Of a DNA stretch of 64,000 nt, positions 34,937-43,478 are shown piece after piece. The translations under genes and the position numbers were made by a program. The stretch lies in the sequence record NC_061447.1. One strand, written 5' to 3'. Under the pieces are notes generated by a model, which did no database searches, was not told the origin of the DNA, and saw only the letters and a program-made list of their open reading frames with translations. Position 1 is the stretch's first letter. Every line of letters begins with the position of its first letter.

Positions 34937-35781
34937 TATCCACCTCTACGGCCTCTCTGCGCTGCTAACGCAAGTGCTCGCTGTTCTTCTGCCTTGTTCT
35001 TGTCGTGAACATAAGCACTGTGCCAGTAAAGCAGTTTGTTGATCGTTATATCATCTGGCACGTAGATGTTCTTGGCGCTGGCTAGGTCAAGCGTCATGTT
35101 CATCATTGACGTGTCAGAGAACACACGGAAGTAACCGAGAATATCAATAGGGCTTGTGTATTTGTATGTGCGGAAACAACGGTTGCACTTATGCGTGGTC
35201 TCCAGTTCACAACTCACATACACATAGTTACTGGCTTCGAGCAATTCGATTGGGTCTGCATACTCAAGTGTTTGTTCGAGAGGGATATCGCTGTCGATAT
35301 ACATCGCGTTCATTACCTGAGTGCGGTTCTCATGCTCGGCCAATAACTCAGCCTCAATCCAGCGTTGAACGGTAGGATGGCGCAAGCCTTTAGGAAGGTC
35401 GCGCCACTCGTGCTGGATTACTCTCTGTCGCATAACCTCTTCTGTGTTAAGCAGGTTACATTCTACTTCAACGAACTTGCATCCTTTTGGCCTATCGTAA
35501 TAACGCTCACCACGCATATCAACAAAGAACGGCGTGGTGCATCGCCACTCATACAGACGATGCGACTGCGGCCAACTATTTCTGTCGAACATCGCCAGCA
35601 TATAACGGAAGTCTTCGAGGTACATCTCTCTGATTTTCACGTTGGTGAAACGCTGCAATGTATCGACAAAGAGTTCAGGCAGTTTGTGTTTCTGTGCGTT
35701 AAACAGACTCGACATAGCATCGGCCGTTATCTGGCTGATACGACAATCTGACCTGCCTGAAGGGAGATAGATCTCTAACAT
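34936..35781 (-). CDS. Baseplate hub / tail assembly chaperone (T4 gp26/gp51-like), paralogue 2
   Basis: N-terminal LPSG motif, Cys pairs including HKCNRC, C-terminal gp51-like helical part, TAATG coupling. Confidence 0.55.
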   Translation of the reverse strand: MLEIYLPSGRSDCRISQITADAMSSLFNAQKHKLPELFVDTLQRFTNVKIREMYLEDFRYMLAMFDRNSWPQSHRLYEWRCTTPFFVDMRGERYYDRPKGCKFVEVECNLLNTEEVMRQRVIQHEWRDLPKGLRHPTVQRWIEAELLAEHENRTQVMNAMYIDSDIPLEQTLEYADPIELLEASNYVYVSCELETTHKCNRCFRTYKYTSPIDILGYFRVFSDTSMMNMTLDLASAKNIYVPDDITINKLLYWHSAYVHDKNKAEEQRALALAAQRGRRGG

Positions 35782-36464
35782 TAGTTAACGAAGACCGATG
35801 GGTTAAGATCCCATGTGCGTGTGCTGCGACGATTGCAGTGTGGGCACAGGAGATCAATATCAGTCAGCAGACCGTGACGCGAGGCTCGCACCCACTCTGA
35901 AAGCTCAAGCCACAGAGTCAGGTCGGTCTGTTCTTCCAGACGGGCCACGTTAGCGTCGAAGTTGCGGCCCATGTGAGCCACATGCCAGCTAAACATATCC
36001 TCAGACGCTCGCTCATAGTGACGCATACGAGGCAGGTCAAAGTGTTCGTGTTCAGCATTGAGCATGGCGACTGTCATCGACGTTTCATCGACAACACCAA
36101 CGTTGTTTGCATCACAAGGGAAGGTATTGATTACTCCACCGTCAGGACGCAACTCGTTCACGATACCGTCGGAATATTCAAACAGCGGTTTCTTGCAAGT
36201 CCAGTATGTGCGCAGTGGCATCACAGTGTTCATCCACATACGCTGCTGGAATACAAGCGCAAACGCATCAGGCACGGTCAGTTCTTCGAGTTTGATATTG
36301 AGACACGGTGCCAGTGCATCGAGCAGGATGTACTTCATATCCTTAGAGTCGATTGCCTTAGCGATGGCTCGGTTCTCTTTACCACCGAAGCGACGCATCT
36401 CGAAAGCGGTAGGCAGTTCAGCCTTATAGCCACGAGACGGTAAACTCGCTGTTTGAATTTCCAT
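35781..36464 (-). CDS. Baseplate hub / tail assembly chaperone (T4 gp26-like), paralogue 1
   Basis: SLPSRGY...MRRFGGKENRAIAKA and C-terminal CPHC resemble the gp26 family. Confidence 0.6.
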   Translation of the reverse strand: MEIQTASLPSRGYKAELPTAFEMRRFGGKENRAIAKAIDSKDMKYILLDALAPCLNIKLEELTVPDAFALVFQQRMWMNTVMPLRTYWTCKKPLFEYSDGIVNELRPDGGVINTFPCDANNVGVVDETSMTVAMLNAEHEHFDLPRMRHYERASEDMFSWHVAHMGRNFDANVARLEEQTDLTLWLELSEWVRASRHGLLTDIDLLCPHCNRRSTRTWDLNPSVFVN

Positions 36465-36474
36465 AGTTTTAATC

Positions 36475-36987
36475 TCACATCATTGGACGGGAAACATCGA
36501 GGGCCATTTGAACGCTCCACATACCACGACCACCGGTTCCGTTAAGCTGAATGCTTTGACCACCGATAGGCCAGCAGTTGCGGAGCTGTTGTTCGCCAAC
36601 CATTTGCCCTTGGTTGTCGTATAGCTCGATGATAATGTTTTTCTTATACACAGACGGCAATCTAAAACCGCCAGTGTATGGGTTCTGAATCAAGTTCTGC
36701 CATGCAGTGAAATACTTCATCACGGCCAGCTTCTGGTCGATACCAAACAGCAGACTGAATCCGTCAACGCTCGAACCATGTGGCCAGTTGATTTGCACCG
36801 TCGCCACTTCTTTTGATTTCGATTGATAGACAGAGAACGGCAGGTCTACTTCTTCACACGCGAACGGGCTTAACGATATATTACCAATTACAGGAAATTC
36901 TCGTACACGCCACTTGTCTTGCATGAAGGGATCGTCAAGGCCAGGAGCAGAAGAATCATTCAGGTCATCAAGCGTCGGCAGCGGCAT
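36475..36987 (-). CDS. Tail tube-like protein (T4 gp19-family paralogue)
   Basis: YFTAWQNLI...YKKNIIIELYDNQG...LRNCWP pattern of gp19-like tube proteins. Confidence 0.75.
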   Translation of the reverse strand: MPLPTLDDLNDSSAPGLDDPFMQDKWRVREFPVIGNISLSPFACEEVDLPFSVYQSKSKEVATVQINWPHGSSVDGFSLLFGIDQKLAVMKYFTAWQNLIQNPYTGGFRLPSVYKKNIIIELYDNQGQMVGEQQLRNCWPIGGQSIQLNGTGGRGMWSVQMALDVSRPMM

Positions 36988-36989
36988 GA

Positions 36990-37664
36990 TTAGTCCTCTA
37001 CAATAACAAGCACAGGCCTAACAGCATCGTCGAACTTGAGGAACGTAGCACCAACCAGATAGCCGCCGTTTTCAATCTGCTTCACGATTGCTTTCTCGTA
37101 GTCCGTTTCCCACTTGTCACGTTGGTTAGCCTTGTAGCCTTCAAACGTTTCTGACGCGTCGTAGTAGTTATACGTGCCGCCAGTTGGCATTGGGATTCGA
37201 GCAAGGAACTCAATACGACCAGCGTTCTTAAACTTGGCCTTACGTAGTTCTTGAGTCAGCTTCGTGTTCTCGGCCTTAGAGCCAGGAACAGCCTTAAACG
37301 GTTTCTTTGGTTGTGGTTCTTTCGGTGCAGCAGGAAGTTTCTCACGCGCTGGAGTGTTCTTGTCTGTCGCTTTCTTAACACGAATACCTGAAACGGTACC
37401 AGTGAATGGACGACTACGGCCAAGCAACGAACGTGCAGTAGCAGCATCGACTTCAAACACAACTGACGGGTCATCCTTATGCAACACATAGAACTTGTTG
37501 CGCTTTGCAGCCAAGATACCGAATACATCTTTATCCTCGATATCGGCTTCATGCTCCTTGTTCTCAATGCTTACCTTGCGCTTACCTTCGAAGCGATACC
37601 AATCGCAGTCTTGAATCCCTACGTCTGGTTTCTTACGTGCGCTTTCGCTCAGTAGAATAAGCAT
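36990..37664 (-). CDS. Hypothetical basic protein with the repeated head-region domain
   Basis: GGAGAG RBS, N-terminal LLSESA, WYRFEG...DKDVFGI...DDPSVVFEVD...SRPF domain. Confidence 0.78.
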   Translation of the reverse strand: MLILLSESARKKPDVGIQDCDWYRFEGKRKVSIENKEHEADIEDKDVFGILAAKRNKFYVLHKDDPSVVFEVDAATARSLLGRSRPFTGTVSGIRVKKATDKNTPAREKLPAAPKEPQPKKPFKAVPGSKAENTKLTQELRKAKFKNAGRIEFLARIPMPTGGTYNYYDASETFEGYKANQRDKWETDYEKAIVKQIENGGYLVGATFLKFDDAVRPVLVIVED

Positions 37665-37679
37665 AGTCTCTCCAAAACG

Positions 37680-37708
37680 AAAAAGGGCCAGAACGAATCT
37701 TGGCCCTT
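37680..37708 (-). terminator. Rho-independent terminator after the tail tube gene
   Basis: AAGGGCCA-10 nt-TGGCCCTT followed by TTTCGTTTT. Confidence 0.75.
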
Positions 37709-37715
37709 GTGTTTC

Positions 37716-38228
37716 TTACGATGCGAGTTCGGCGTAGTCGAAGGACCATTCGATTGATACCGGAACAGCCTGCGCAGCACCAGAGAACTGCAAATCAGGA
37801 ACCTGTTTCGGCCACACACCGTAGATGTTGTACTCAGCAACTACAGAACCGTCCATATCGAAGATACGGAAGATTGCTTTGGTCGCGTAGTCGGCTTTAC
37901 GTGCGCCCAGCTGGGTTTGAGTGGCACGAACAAACTGATGCCACGCTTCCAGATCTTTGTACACGGCCATTTCTGAGTTTTCGTTATACTCAGTGGAGAG
38001 CGCGTGAGAGAAGATCTTACGACCAGCGTAGTTGAGCTGGTGGCCGAACGCTTCTTTCAGAACTTCTTCCAGAGTAGAACCTGGCTTAACACCAGTCTTA
38101 CAGAACAGACGCAGAGTACGCGCATAGTCCGTACCACCAACAGGTGGGTTAGGAATCAGGAACTCGAAGTTGTCATCGAGTAACGGATCTTTCGTAGACG
38201 AAAATTCGTCAAGAGTTACCTTTGGCAT
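37716..38228 (-). CDS. Major tail tube protein (T4 gp19-like)
   Basis: Directly after the sheath gene. NYAGRKIFSHALSTEYNE...EAWHQ...YNIYGVWPKQV tube motifs. Confidence 0.85.
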   Translation of the reverse strand: MPKVTLDEFSSTKDPLLDDNFEFLIPNPPVGGTDYARTLRLFCKTGVKPGSTLEEVLKEAFGHQLNYAGRKIFSHALSTEYNENSEMAVYKDLEAWHQFVRATQTQLGARKADYATKAIFRIFDMDGSVVAEYNIYGVWPKQVPDLQFSGAAQAVPVSIEWSFDYAELAS

Positions 38229-38239
38229 CTAAAAGCTCC

Positions 38240-39925
38240 TTAGAGTGCACCAGAGTTAATCAGTTGCAGCGCGTACTGGATATCACCGACAGGCGGCACG
38301 ATAGCAGTAACGTGAATGCGTTTGGTGTAGCGAGTCGGGTCAAGGAACACGTCGATGATCAGATCGCCACGCGCTTCGTCTTCTGCGGTGTTGTTGGTGT
38401 AGTTACAAACAACTTCATACCAACGCAAGCCACGACCAGTTTTAATTGGTTCGAGGATTGCTTCCATCGCAGACTTCTGGCGCTGTTTCAGAATGTCGTC
38501 GTTCGGTTCGAAGACAGCACTCAGGTTGTTAGCGCGAGCAGAAGCGTGAAGCATTGCCAGCAGACGGCGAATGCCGATATCTTGCAGCGGAGACTTCGTG
38601 GTGTACGTTGTATCTGCACCCCACATGAAGATGCCTTCGCCGTCGAAGATAGCAATCGGGTTAATCTGGTTATCTACCAGAACGTCGCGGTCGCCTTGTT
38701 TAAAGCGATAGCGCACATCAGTAGCGAAGTCCAGCTTACCACGATTCAGACCACCTGGTGCCAACCACGATGCTACTTGGTCAGCAGTCAACATGCAGTA
38801 CGCCATACAGATGGACGCAGGCACATAGTAGTCACGAGCATTGTCGTTATCACGGGCTTTAACGTCAGCATTCGAGATAGCAGACCAAGAGCCGATGATA
38901 GAGAACTCTGCTTGCTGATACGGCTTATTGCCGCGACGATACGCAACAGCATTGTCACGCGCCTGGAGGCTAACAGGAACACCGTGAGTAGCGATACAGT
39001 CCATGCGGCTCTCAGCCAGTTCATCGATCTTGTTCGCAATCACTGGATGCTCAAGGCCACCAGAGCACAGAATGCCTGCCTGAACGTCTTCCCAGTCACG
39101 GTAGTTGTCCCACGCAGTCAACACAGCAGACAGACTCTGGTTAGCGATAGTCGCGTCAGAGTGGTCTACGTCGATAACAGCGCCGTCACTACCACCAGTG
39201 AACTGACCGTTAGGAGCTGTTGGGTTCGTTGGGTCAGCAGGACCACCACCGATAGAGTTGATGACCACAAAGTTCGGGTCTTCCACCAGCTTGTAGTGGT
39301 TGGCGTTCAGCTTAACGCGGATGTACTTGGAGTTAACGTTGATAACGTCTTCAATGAAGAACTGGTTACCAGCTTCGTCTTTCCAGTAGCGCGTTGTTAC
39401 GGTGTGTGACTCAAGAGGAGTCAGGTAGCCGACACGGTACACCTTGATGATAGACTTATAGCCCAGCGCATCAGTCACGTCAGGTTCGAACGTGATGTAC
39501 ATGTCGTTTGCCGCTGCGTACTGAGACATTGCGTAAATCAGGCAGATATCACGATCAGAGAAAGCAATCTGCTCAGGGTCAACAAGTCCAGCGTCACCCA
39601 GAGGGCGGCAGGTGGCAAAGTTATTATAAGTTGTGAGGTACACACCTGCGTATTTCACGGAGAGAGCGACACGCGTAATGTTCAGCTTGGTTGCTTTCGT
39701 CATCAGAAGTTTTGCGTTCTGGACGTTGTTAGCGTACTGCCCCGTTGCTGGACCAAAAATTGCGTCGATCTCATCCTTAGAGGTAACAGTTGTGTTAACA
39801 CCCACAGGTCCGCGAGGGAATGGCAGAACCAGAGTACACATGCCGTACTGCACAAGTGACGCTTGGTTGCTGCGATCATTCTCCTGCGAATAGACCCCCG
39901 GAGAGGGGTGATTAGGTTGTAACAT
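38240..39925 (-). CDS. Contractile tail sheath protein
   Basis: HPSPGVYSQENDRS N-terminus, YVPAS...WLAPGGLNRG, NQINPI...WGADT, IRRLL, VFEPND motifs. Confidence 0.95.
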   Translation of the reverse strand: MLQPNHPSPGVYSQENDRSNQASLVQYGMCTLVLPFPRGPVGVNTTVTSKDEIDAIFGPATGQYANNVQNAKLLMTKATKLNITRVALSVKYAGVYLTTYNNFATCRPLGDAGLVDPEQIAFSDRDICLIYAMSQYAAANDMYITFEPDVTDALGYKSIIKVYRVGYLTPLESHTVTTRYWKDEAGNQFFIEDVINVNSKYIRVKLNANHYKLVEDPNFVVINSIGGGPADPTNPTAPNGQFTGGSDGAVIDVDHSDATIANQSLSAVLTAWDNYRDWEDVQAGILCSGGLEHPVIANKIDELAESRMDCIATHGVPVSLQARDNAVAYRRGNKPYQQAEFSIIGSWSAISNADVKARDNDNARDYYVPASICMAYCMLTADQVASWLAPGGLNRGKLDFATDVRYRFKQGDRDVLVDNQINPIAIFDGEGIFMWGADTTYTTKSPLQDIGIRRLLAMLHASARANNLSAVFEPNDDILKQRQKSAMEAILEPIKTGRGLRWYEVVCNYTNNTAEDEARGDLIIDVFLDPTRYTKRIHVTAIVPPVGDIQYALQLINSGAL

Positions 39926-39967
39926 CGTGAATCTCCATAAGAATGGGCATCGTGTAACGACTGTATG

Positions 39968-39975
39968 AAATTAGC
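39968..39975 (-). promoter_or_regulatory. Candidate late-promoter motif GCTAATTT (copy 4)
   Basis: Exact intergenic copy 42 nt upstream of the sheath ATG. Confidence 0.55.
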
Positions 39976-39981
39976 GAGAAC

Positions 39982-40326
39982 TCAATAGCAAATCACATTA
40001 ACTCGCTGATCCACGTCACTTACCAGAACAGATTGTGCCATCTTTCCTGTGAGTGTAAATTGGCCTTCGATAATCATCTGGCCACCAGCGAACTGGAGGA
40101 CGATAGGCTCTGCGGTATCAATGTACAGCAAGCCTTTAATCTCAGGCAGCGCATAGCCTTTCGGACCGACGATGACACTCTGCATTTGATATTCGCCTTC
40201 GAGAGGAATACCTACAGCGTGTGACTGTCGTTTCAGAATAGCGTTCTGGTTGGAAGTGACTGATCGCACACGGCTATCAATGACCAGTGTGCGGTCGAGC
40301 TTACGATACTTTTCGCGTGTGTACAT
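39982..40326 (-). CDS. Hypothetical virion protein (114 aa)
   Basis: TAATG coupling, located between the terminator-like gene and the sheath. Confidence 0.7.
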   Translation of the reverse strand: MYTREKYRKLDRTLVIDSRVRSVTSNQNAILKRQSHAVGIPLEGEYQMQSVIVGPKGYALPEIKGLLYIDTAEPIVLQFAGGQMIIEGQFTLTGKMAQSVLVSDVDQRVNVICY

Positions 40327-41015
40327 TAGTCAAGTTCCTCTTCGTCTTCATCAGAAGCAGCCATAGCGCGAGGACCTAAGTCCATATCGATCTCAACGTT
40401 CTCGGTGATTTCACCGTAGTTGTTAATCTTCGCTTGCTCCAGATTGAAACCAATCTTGGTGTGAATCGTGATTGGAATCTCCAGTTCGAAACTACCCGGC
40501 GTACTGCCATCATCGAGGTCATCAATGTTAGGCATAGGGATAGAATCATCGAGCTTAACACGCACAGTCCACTTGGACGAAGGCATCTCAATAGAGAAAC
40601 TCATTAAGTCCGTTAAGCCAGCGATAAGGGCCTGTTGAATAAACAGCAGAGCCTGATCGATGTTCATAAACTTAACGAACAATGAGCCAGTGAGAGTCAC
40701 AGGGAAGTAGTAGTTAGTTACTACGATGGCGTTAGTGTCATCGTTCCCTAATGCCCAGCCTGAACCGTGTCGTGCGATGTTCTTAATGTTCACCGATTCT
40801 TCACGGTTGAATGCCATAGTAGGCAACTTGAACCATCCATAAGGATAGTCAGTGCTTTGATTGTTCGTTGCACGAATACCTTGCTTAGGGTTGTTATGCA
40901 CAGACCAAACAAAACGCTTTAAGTTGAATCCTTGGCGGAACTGACGTTGAAAGCCGAAGATGGTAGCTTTCAGTGACGTACTGTTCTTGAGCATACCAGC
41001 AAGGTTCGCGCTCAT
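40326..41015 (-). CDS. Putative tail terminator / sheath stabiliser (T4 gp15-like)
   Basis: YPYGWFKLPTMAFNRE...FPVTLTGSLFVK...QALLFIQQ resembles the gp15 pattern. Position between head and sheath genes. Confidence 0.55.
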   Translation of the reverse strand: MSANLAGMLKNSTSLKATIFGFQRQFRQGFNLKRFVWSVHNNPKQGIRATNNQSTDYPYGWFKLPTMAFNREESVNIKNIARHGSGWALGNDDTNAIVVTNYYFPVTLTGSLFVKFMNIDQALLFIQQALIAGLTDLMSFSIEMPSSKWTVRVKLDDSIPMPNIDDLDDGSTPGSFELEIPITIHTKIGFNLEQAKINNYGEITENVEIDMDLGPRAMAASDEDEEELD

Positions 41016-41033
41016 TTTCTCGCTCCAGATACG

Positions 41034-41057
41034 AAAAAAGGGCGGCCGAAGCCACCC
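41034..41057 (-). terminator. Rho-independent terminator ending the head operon
   Basis: GGGTGGC-TTCG-GCCGCCC followed by TTTTTT. Confidence 0.85.
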
Positions 41058-41080
41058 TTTTGGTTACCCTTAATCGGGTG

Positions 41081-41503
41081 TTAGTCGTCGAGTCGTAAAC
41101 GAATCAATGTGGAAGGGGCGGATGAATCGGATTCGATAACATCATCTGCATCGTCCTCTTCTTCATCTTCAAGCTCGTCTTCCAATTCGTCCTCTTCTTC
41201 AACGTCGTCATCAGAGTTAAGGCTGATAACTTCGTCGTCGCAAAGGGACTCGGCTTTTTCTTCCTCGGCATTAAGCTCTAAAGCAGCGGATAACGCAGCA
41301 ACGGAGTCAGCCATTCCAGAAGCGTTCGATACAGAGTTAACGAGGCATGACGCTTCGAAGTTGTCTGCAAGTTCGCATTCGAGAAAGTCCTCAGCGTCTG
41401 GTGCACACGCCGCTTGAGCAAGCAAACGCGCAACATCAGTCCACTGTCCGTCACGCGCCGCGACGATTGCCAGTGCAGCTAAGGAACCAGATAAAGTCTT
41501 CAT
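41081..41503 (-). CDS. Small acidic head-region protein (140 aa)
   Basis: GAGGA RBS, follows the MCP gene, C-terminal D/E tract. Confidence 0.75.
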   Translation of the reverse strand: MKTLSGSLAALAIVAARDGQWTDVARLLAQAACAPDAEDFLECELADNFEASCLVNSVSNASGMADSVAALSAALELNAEEEKAESLCDDEVISLNSDDDVEEEDELEDELEDEEEDDADDVIESDSSAPSTLIRLRLDD

Positions 41504-41555
41504 GCTTGGTCCTCAGTTAAGAGGGCAACGTTATGCTGCCCTCATTGCACAGTCA

Positions 41556-42656
41556 TTAGCCGCGAACAGCTTTAGCCACAGAACGCACGTTCGCCAGAGT
41601 GAAGGAGAAGGTGCTAGACAGCAACCAACCGCGGTCGGTGTTGCCCTGGTTAGCGCCGCTGGTCGGGGTAGACTGGGTGCCGCCACGAGTGGTGTACACT
41701 GCGTGGTAGTCCTGGTCAGCCAGAACGTACAGTTCGCCGTCGTGCAGAACGCGGTGTTCTGGAGCACGGAAGCCGTCAGTGATCAGTTCCATACCCAGCA
41801 GGGTACCCAGACGACCGGTAGTGATCAGGTCATACTTAGACACTGGGTCCAGAGCAGAGCTGAACTGATCGTTACCAACGATATCGTTCCAGTAGTCCTG
41901 CGCCATCACAGCGGTGCTGACAGGCAGCGGCCAGGAAGACACAGAATTTTTCAGAGTAGACAGCAGACGCGGAGTCAGGTCGCCGTGTACCCAGGTGACA
42001 GGGTTAGCAACGCCAACAGCCTGGTCACAAGCGCGTTTCCACAGACGGTCTTCTGCAACCATGATAGAAGACAGGCCGTCTTGCTGTGCGCGGTCCAGCA
42101 GGTCGCCGTTGATCTGGTCCAGGTCCATCTTGCTTACGCGGATGTTGGATTTCAGTTCGAACTCAGCAGGCGTGTAAACACGGCCGCGGAATTGACGGTA
42201 ACCGAAGTCGGTAGGACCAGTAGCGATTACTGCTTCTGCCTGGTGGATTTTCAGTTCGATACGAGCGATATCGCCCTGACGAACGGTAGCGCCTTTACAA
42301 ACTTTGCGCAGCAGGCCAGCACGTTCAGCACGGTCTTCGATAGATGCAACGATAGATGCACCCAGAGAAGCCCATTTCTCACCGCTGCCGTCTGCAACAG
42401 CTTCCTGAATCAGCTCGATCTTCTCAGCTTCGGACAGACCGTTCTGTGCGCCAGAGTGAGAGTGAACCAGGTTGCCGGACGCAGCTTCTGCCATCAGAGC
42501 AGAGATACGGGTCAGCAGGTCTTTCTGAGAGTAGGCGTTGATTTCGCCAGTGCTTTGGCTCAGAGCCAGTTCGCCTTTACCACCGAAGCGCAGGTCTTCG
42601 ATTGGGGCACCGTTACGCAGAGTTACTTTAGCGCCGCGCATTAAGGAATTGTTCAT
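41556..42656 (-). CDS. Major capsid protein (probable HK97 fold)
   Basis: Position after protease, scaffold and decoration genes. FELKSNIRVSKMDLDQINGDLLDRAQQDG...AEDRLW and LGTLLGMELITD motifs. Strongly biased codon use suggests high expression. Confidence 0.85.
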   Translation of the reverse strand: MNNSLMRGAKVTLRNGAPIEDLRFGGKGELALSQSTGEINAYSQKDLLTRISALMAEAASGNLVHSHSGAQNGLSEAEKIELIQEAVADGSGEKWASLGASIVASIEDRAERAGLLRKVCKGATVRQGDIARIELKIHQAEAVIATGPTDFGYRQFRGRVYTPAEFELKSNIRVSKMDLDQINGDLLDRAQQDGLSSIMVAEDRLWKRACDQAVGVANPVTWVHGDLTPRLLSTLKNSVSSWPLPVSTAVMAQDYWNDIVGNDQFSSALDPVSKYDLITTGRLGTLLGMELITDGFRAPEHRVLHDGELYVLADQDYHAVYTTRGGTQSTPTSGANQGNTDRGWLLSSTFSFTLANVRSVAKAVRG

Positions 42657-42715
42657 TAGTTGCTCCTGAGAATAATCTCGTAAGTTTCAGTTCAAACAGT
42701 TACGGTGCGCGACGA

Positions 42716-43423
42716 TTAGGCGCCGTAAGAGGAAGACATTTCGATGATCAGGTAACCACGTTCAGTGGTAGGCGCCTGCTTGATGATGCAGCCTTTCAGC
42801 ACGGTACCATTACCGCCGAGGGTCAGCAGACCATCTGCACCCAGGGTAGGGTGGATAACGTTGTCAGCAGACCAGTCAGCAGTCGGGTCAAACATGGAGG
42901 TAGCGATGTTACCCAGTTTGATGTAGCCAACGCGACCTTCAACGTTAGATGGCAGACCACCGATAGGAGCATCAGCAGTGTAAGAACGCGCTTCGGTCAC
43001 GGTCAGTTCGTAAGCATACACGATGCGAACTTTCTTACCAATGTCGTCAGCGTGGAAGTACAGGTCAGCGCCCTGCACACCAACTTTACCGGCAGCAGAT
43101 GCAGAAGCAGCGGCTTCCTGTTCAGCTTTAACGCCGTCGATTTTAACCAGCAGCGCGCCAGCGTTAGGTACGCGGGAAGCGGTGAATTTTTTGGTAGCGT
43201 CGATAGCGAACTCTTCCACACGGTTCATGTTCGCTGGCGGCATAGAGCGAGCCAGAGCGAAACCGGCGAATACTTCGTTAGCGTTACCAGTAGACAGGCG
43301 CAGATAGGAGTGACCGCCTTCGCGAGCCCAAACCAGTGCAACACCTTCTTCGTGGATTACTTCGCCCGGCAGCAGATCAGCTTCCTGGGTCTGTACGATA
43401 TCAGTAGCGTTTTGAAACAACAT
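42716..43423 (-). CDS. Putative capsid decoration / head structural protein
   Basis: Between scaffold and MCP, GGAGA RBS, highly biased codons, beta-rich. Confidence 0.55.
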   Translation of the reverse strand: MLFQNATDIVQTQEADLLPGEVIHEEGVALVWAREGGHSYLRLSTGNANEVFAGFALARSMPPANMNRVEEFAIDATKKFTASRVPNAGALLVKIDGVKAEQEAAASASAAGKVGVQGADLYFHADDIGKKVRIVYAYELTVTEARSYTADAPIGGLPSNVEGRVGYIKLGNIATSMFDPTADWSADNVIHPTLGADGLLTLGGNGTVLKGCIIKQAPTTERGYLIIEMSSSYGA

Positions 43424-43478
43424 AATCAGTTTCTCCAGATTAGAGATAAAGGTTTAACTTGCTACCGCTTGCTGCCCA

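Noticed and set aside
34936-36464. Programmed frameshift between the two tail chaperone-like genes (lambda G/GT type)
   Set aside because: Both have their own start with TAATG coupling and both begin with an LPS.G motif, so they are paralogues. No slippery heptamer was evident at the junction.
41502-42644. Long plus-strand ORFs opposite major genes (also 38222..39409, 52485..54248, 28062..29009, 23172..23954, 42851..43597)
   Set aside because: They are antisense shadows of strongly codon-biased minus-strand genes, with no RBS context or recognisable motifs, and all credible genes and terminators are minus-strand.
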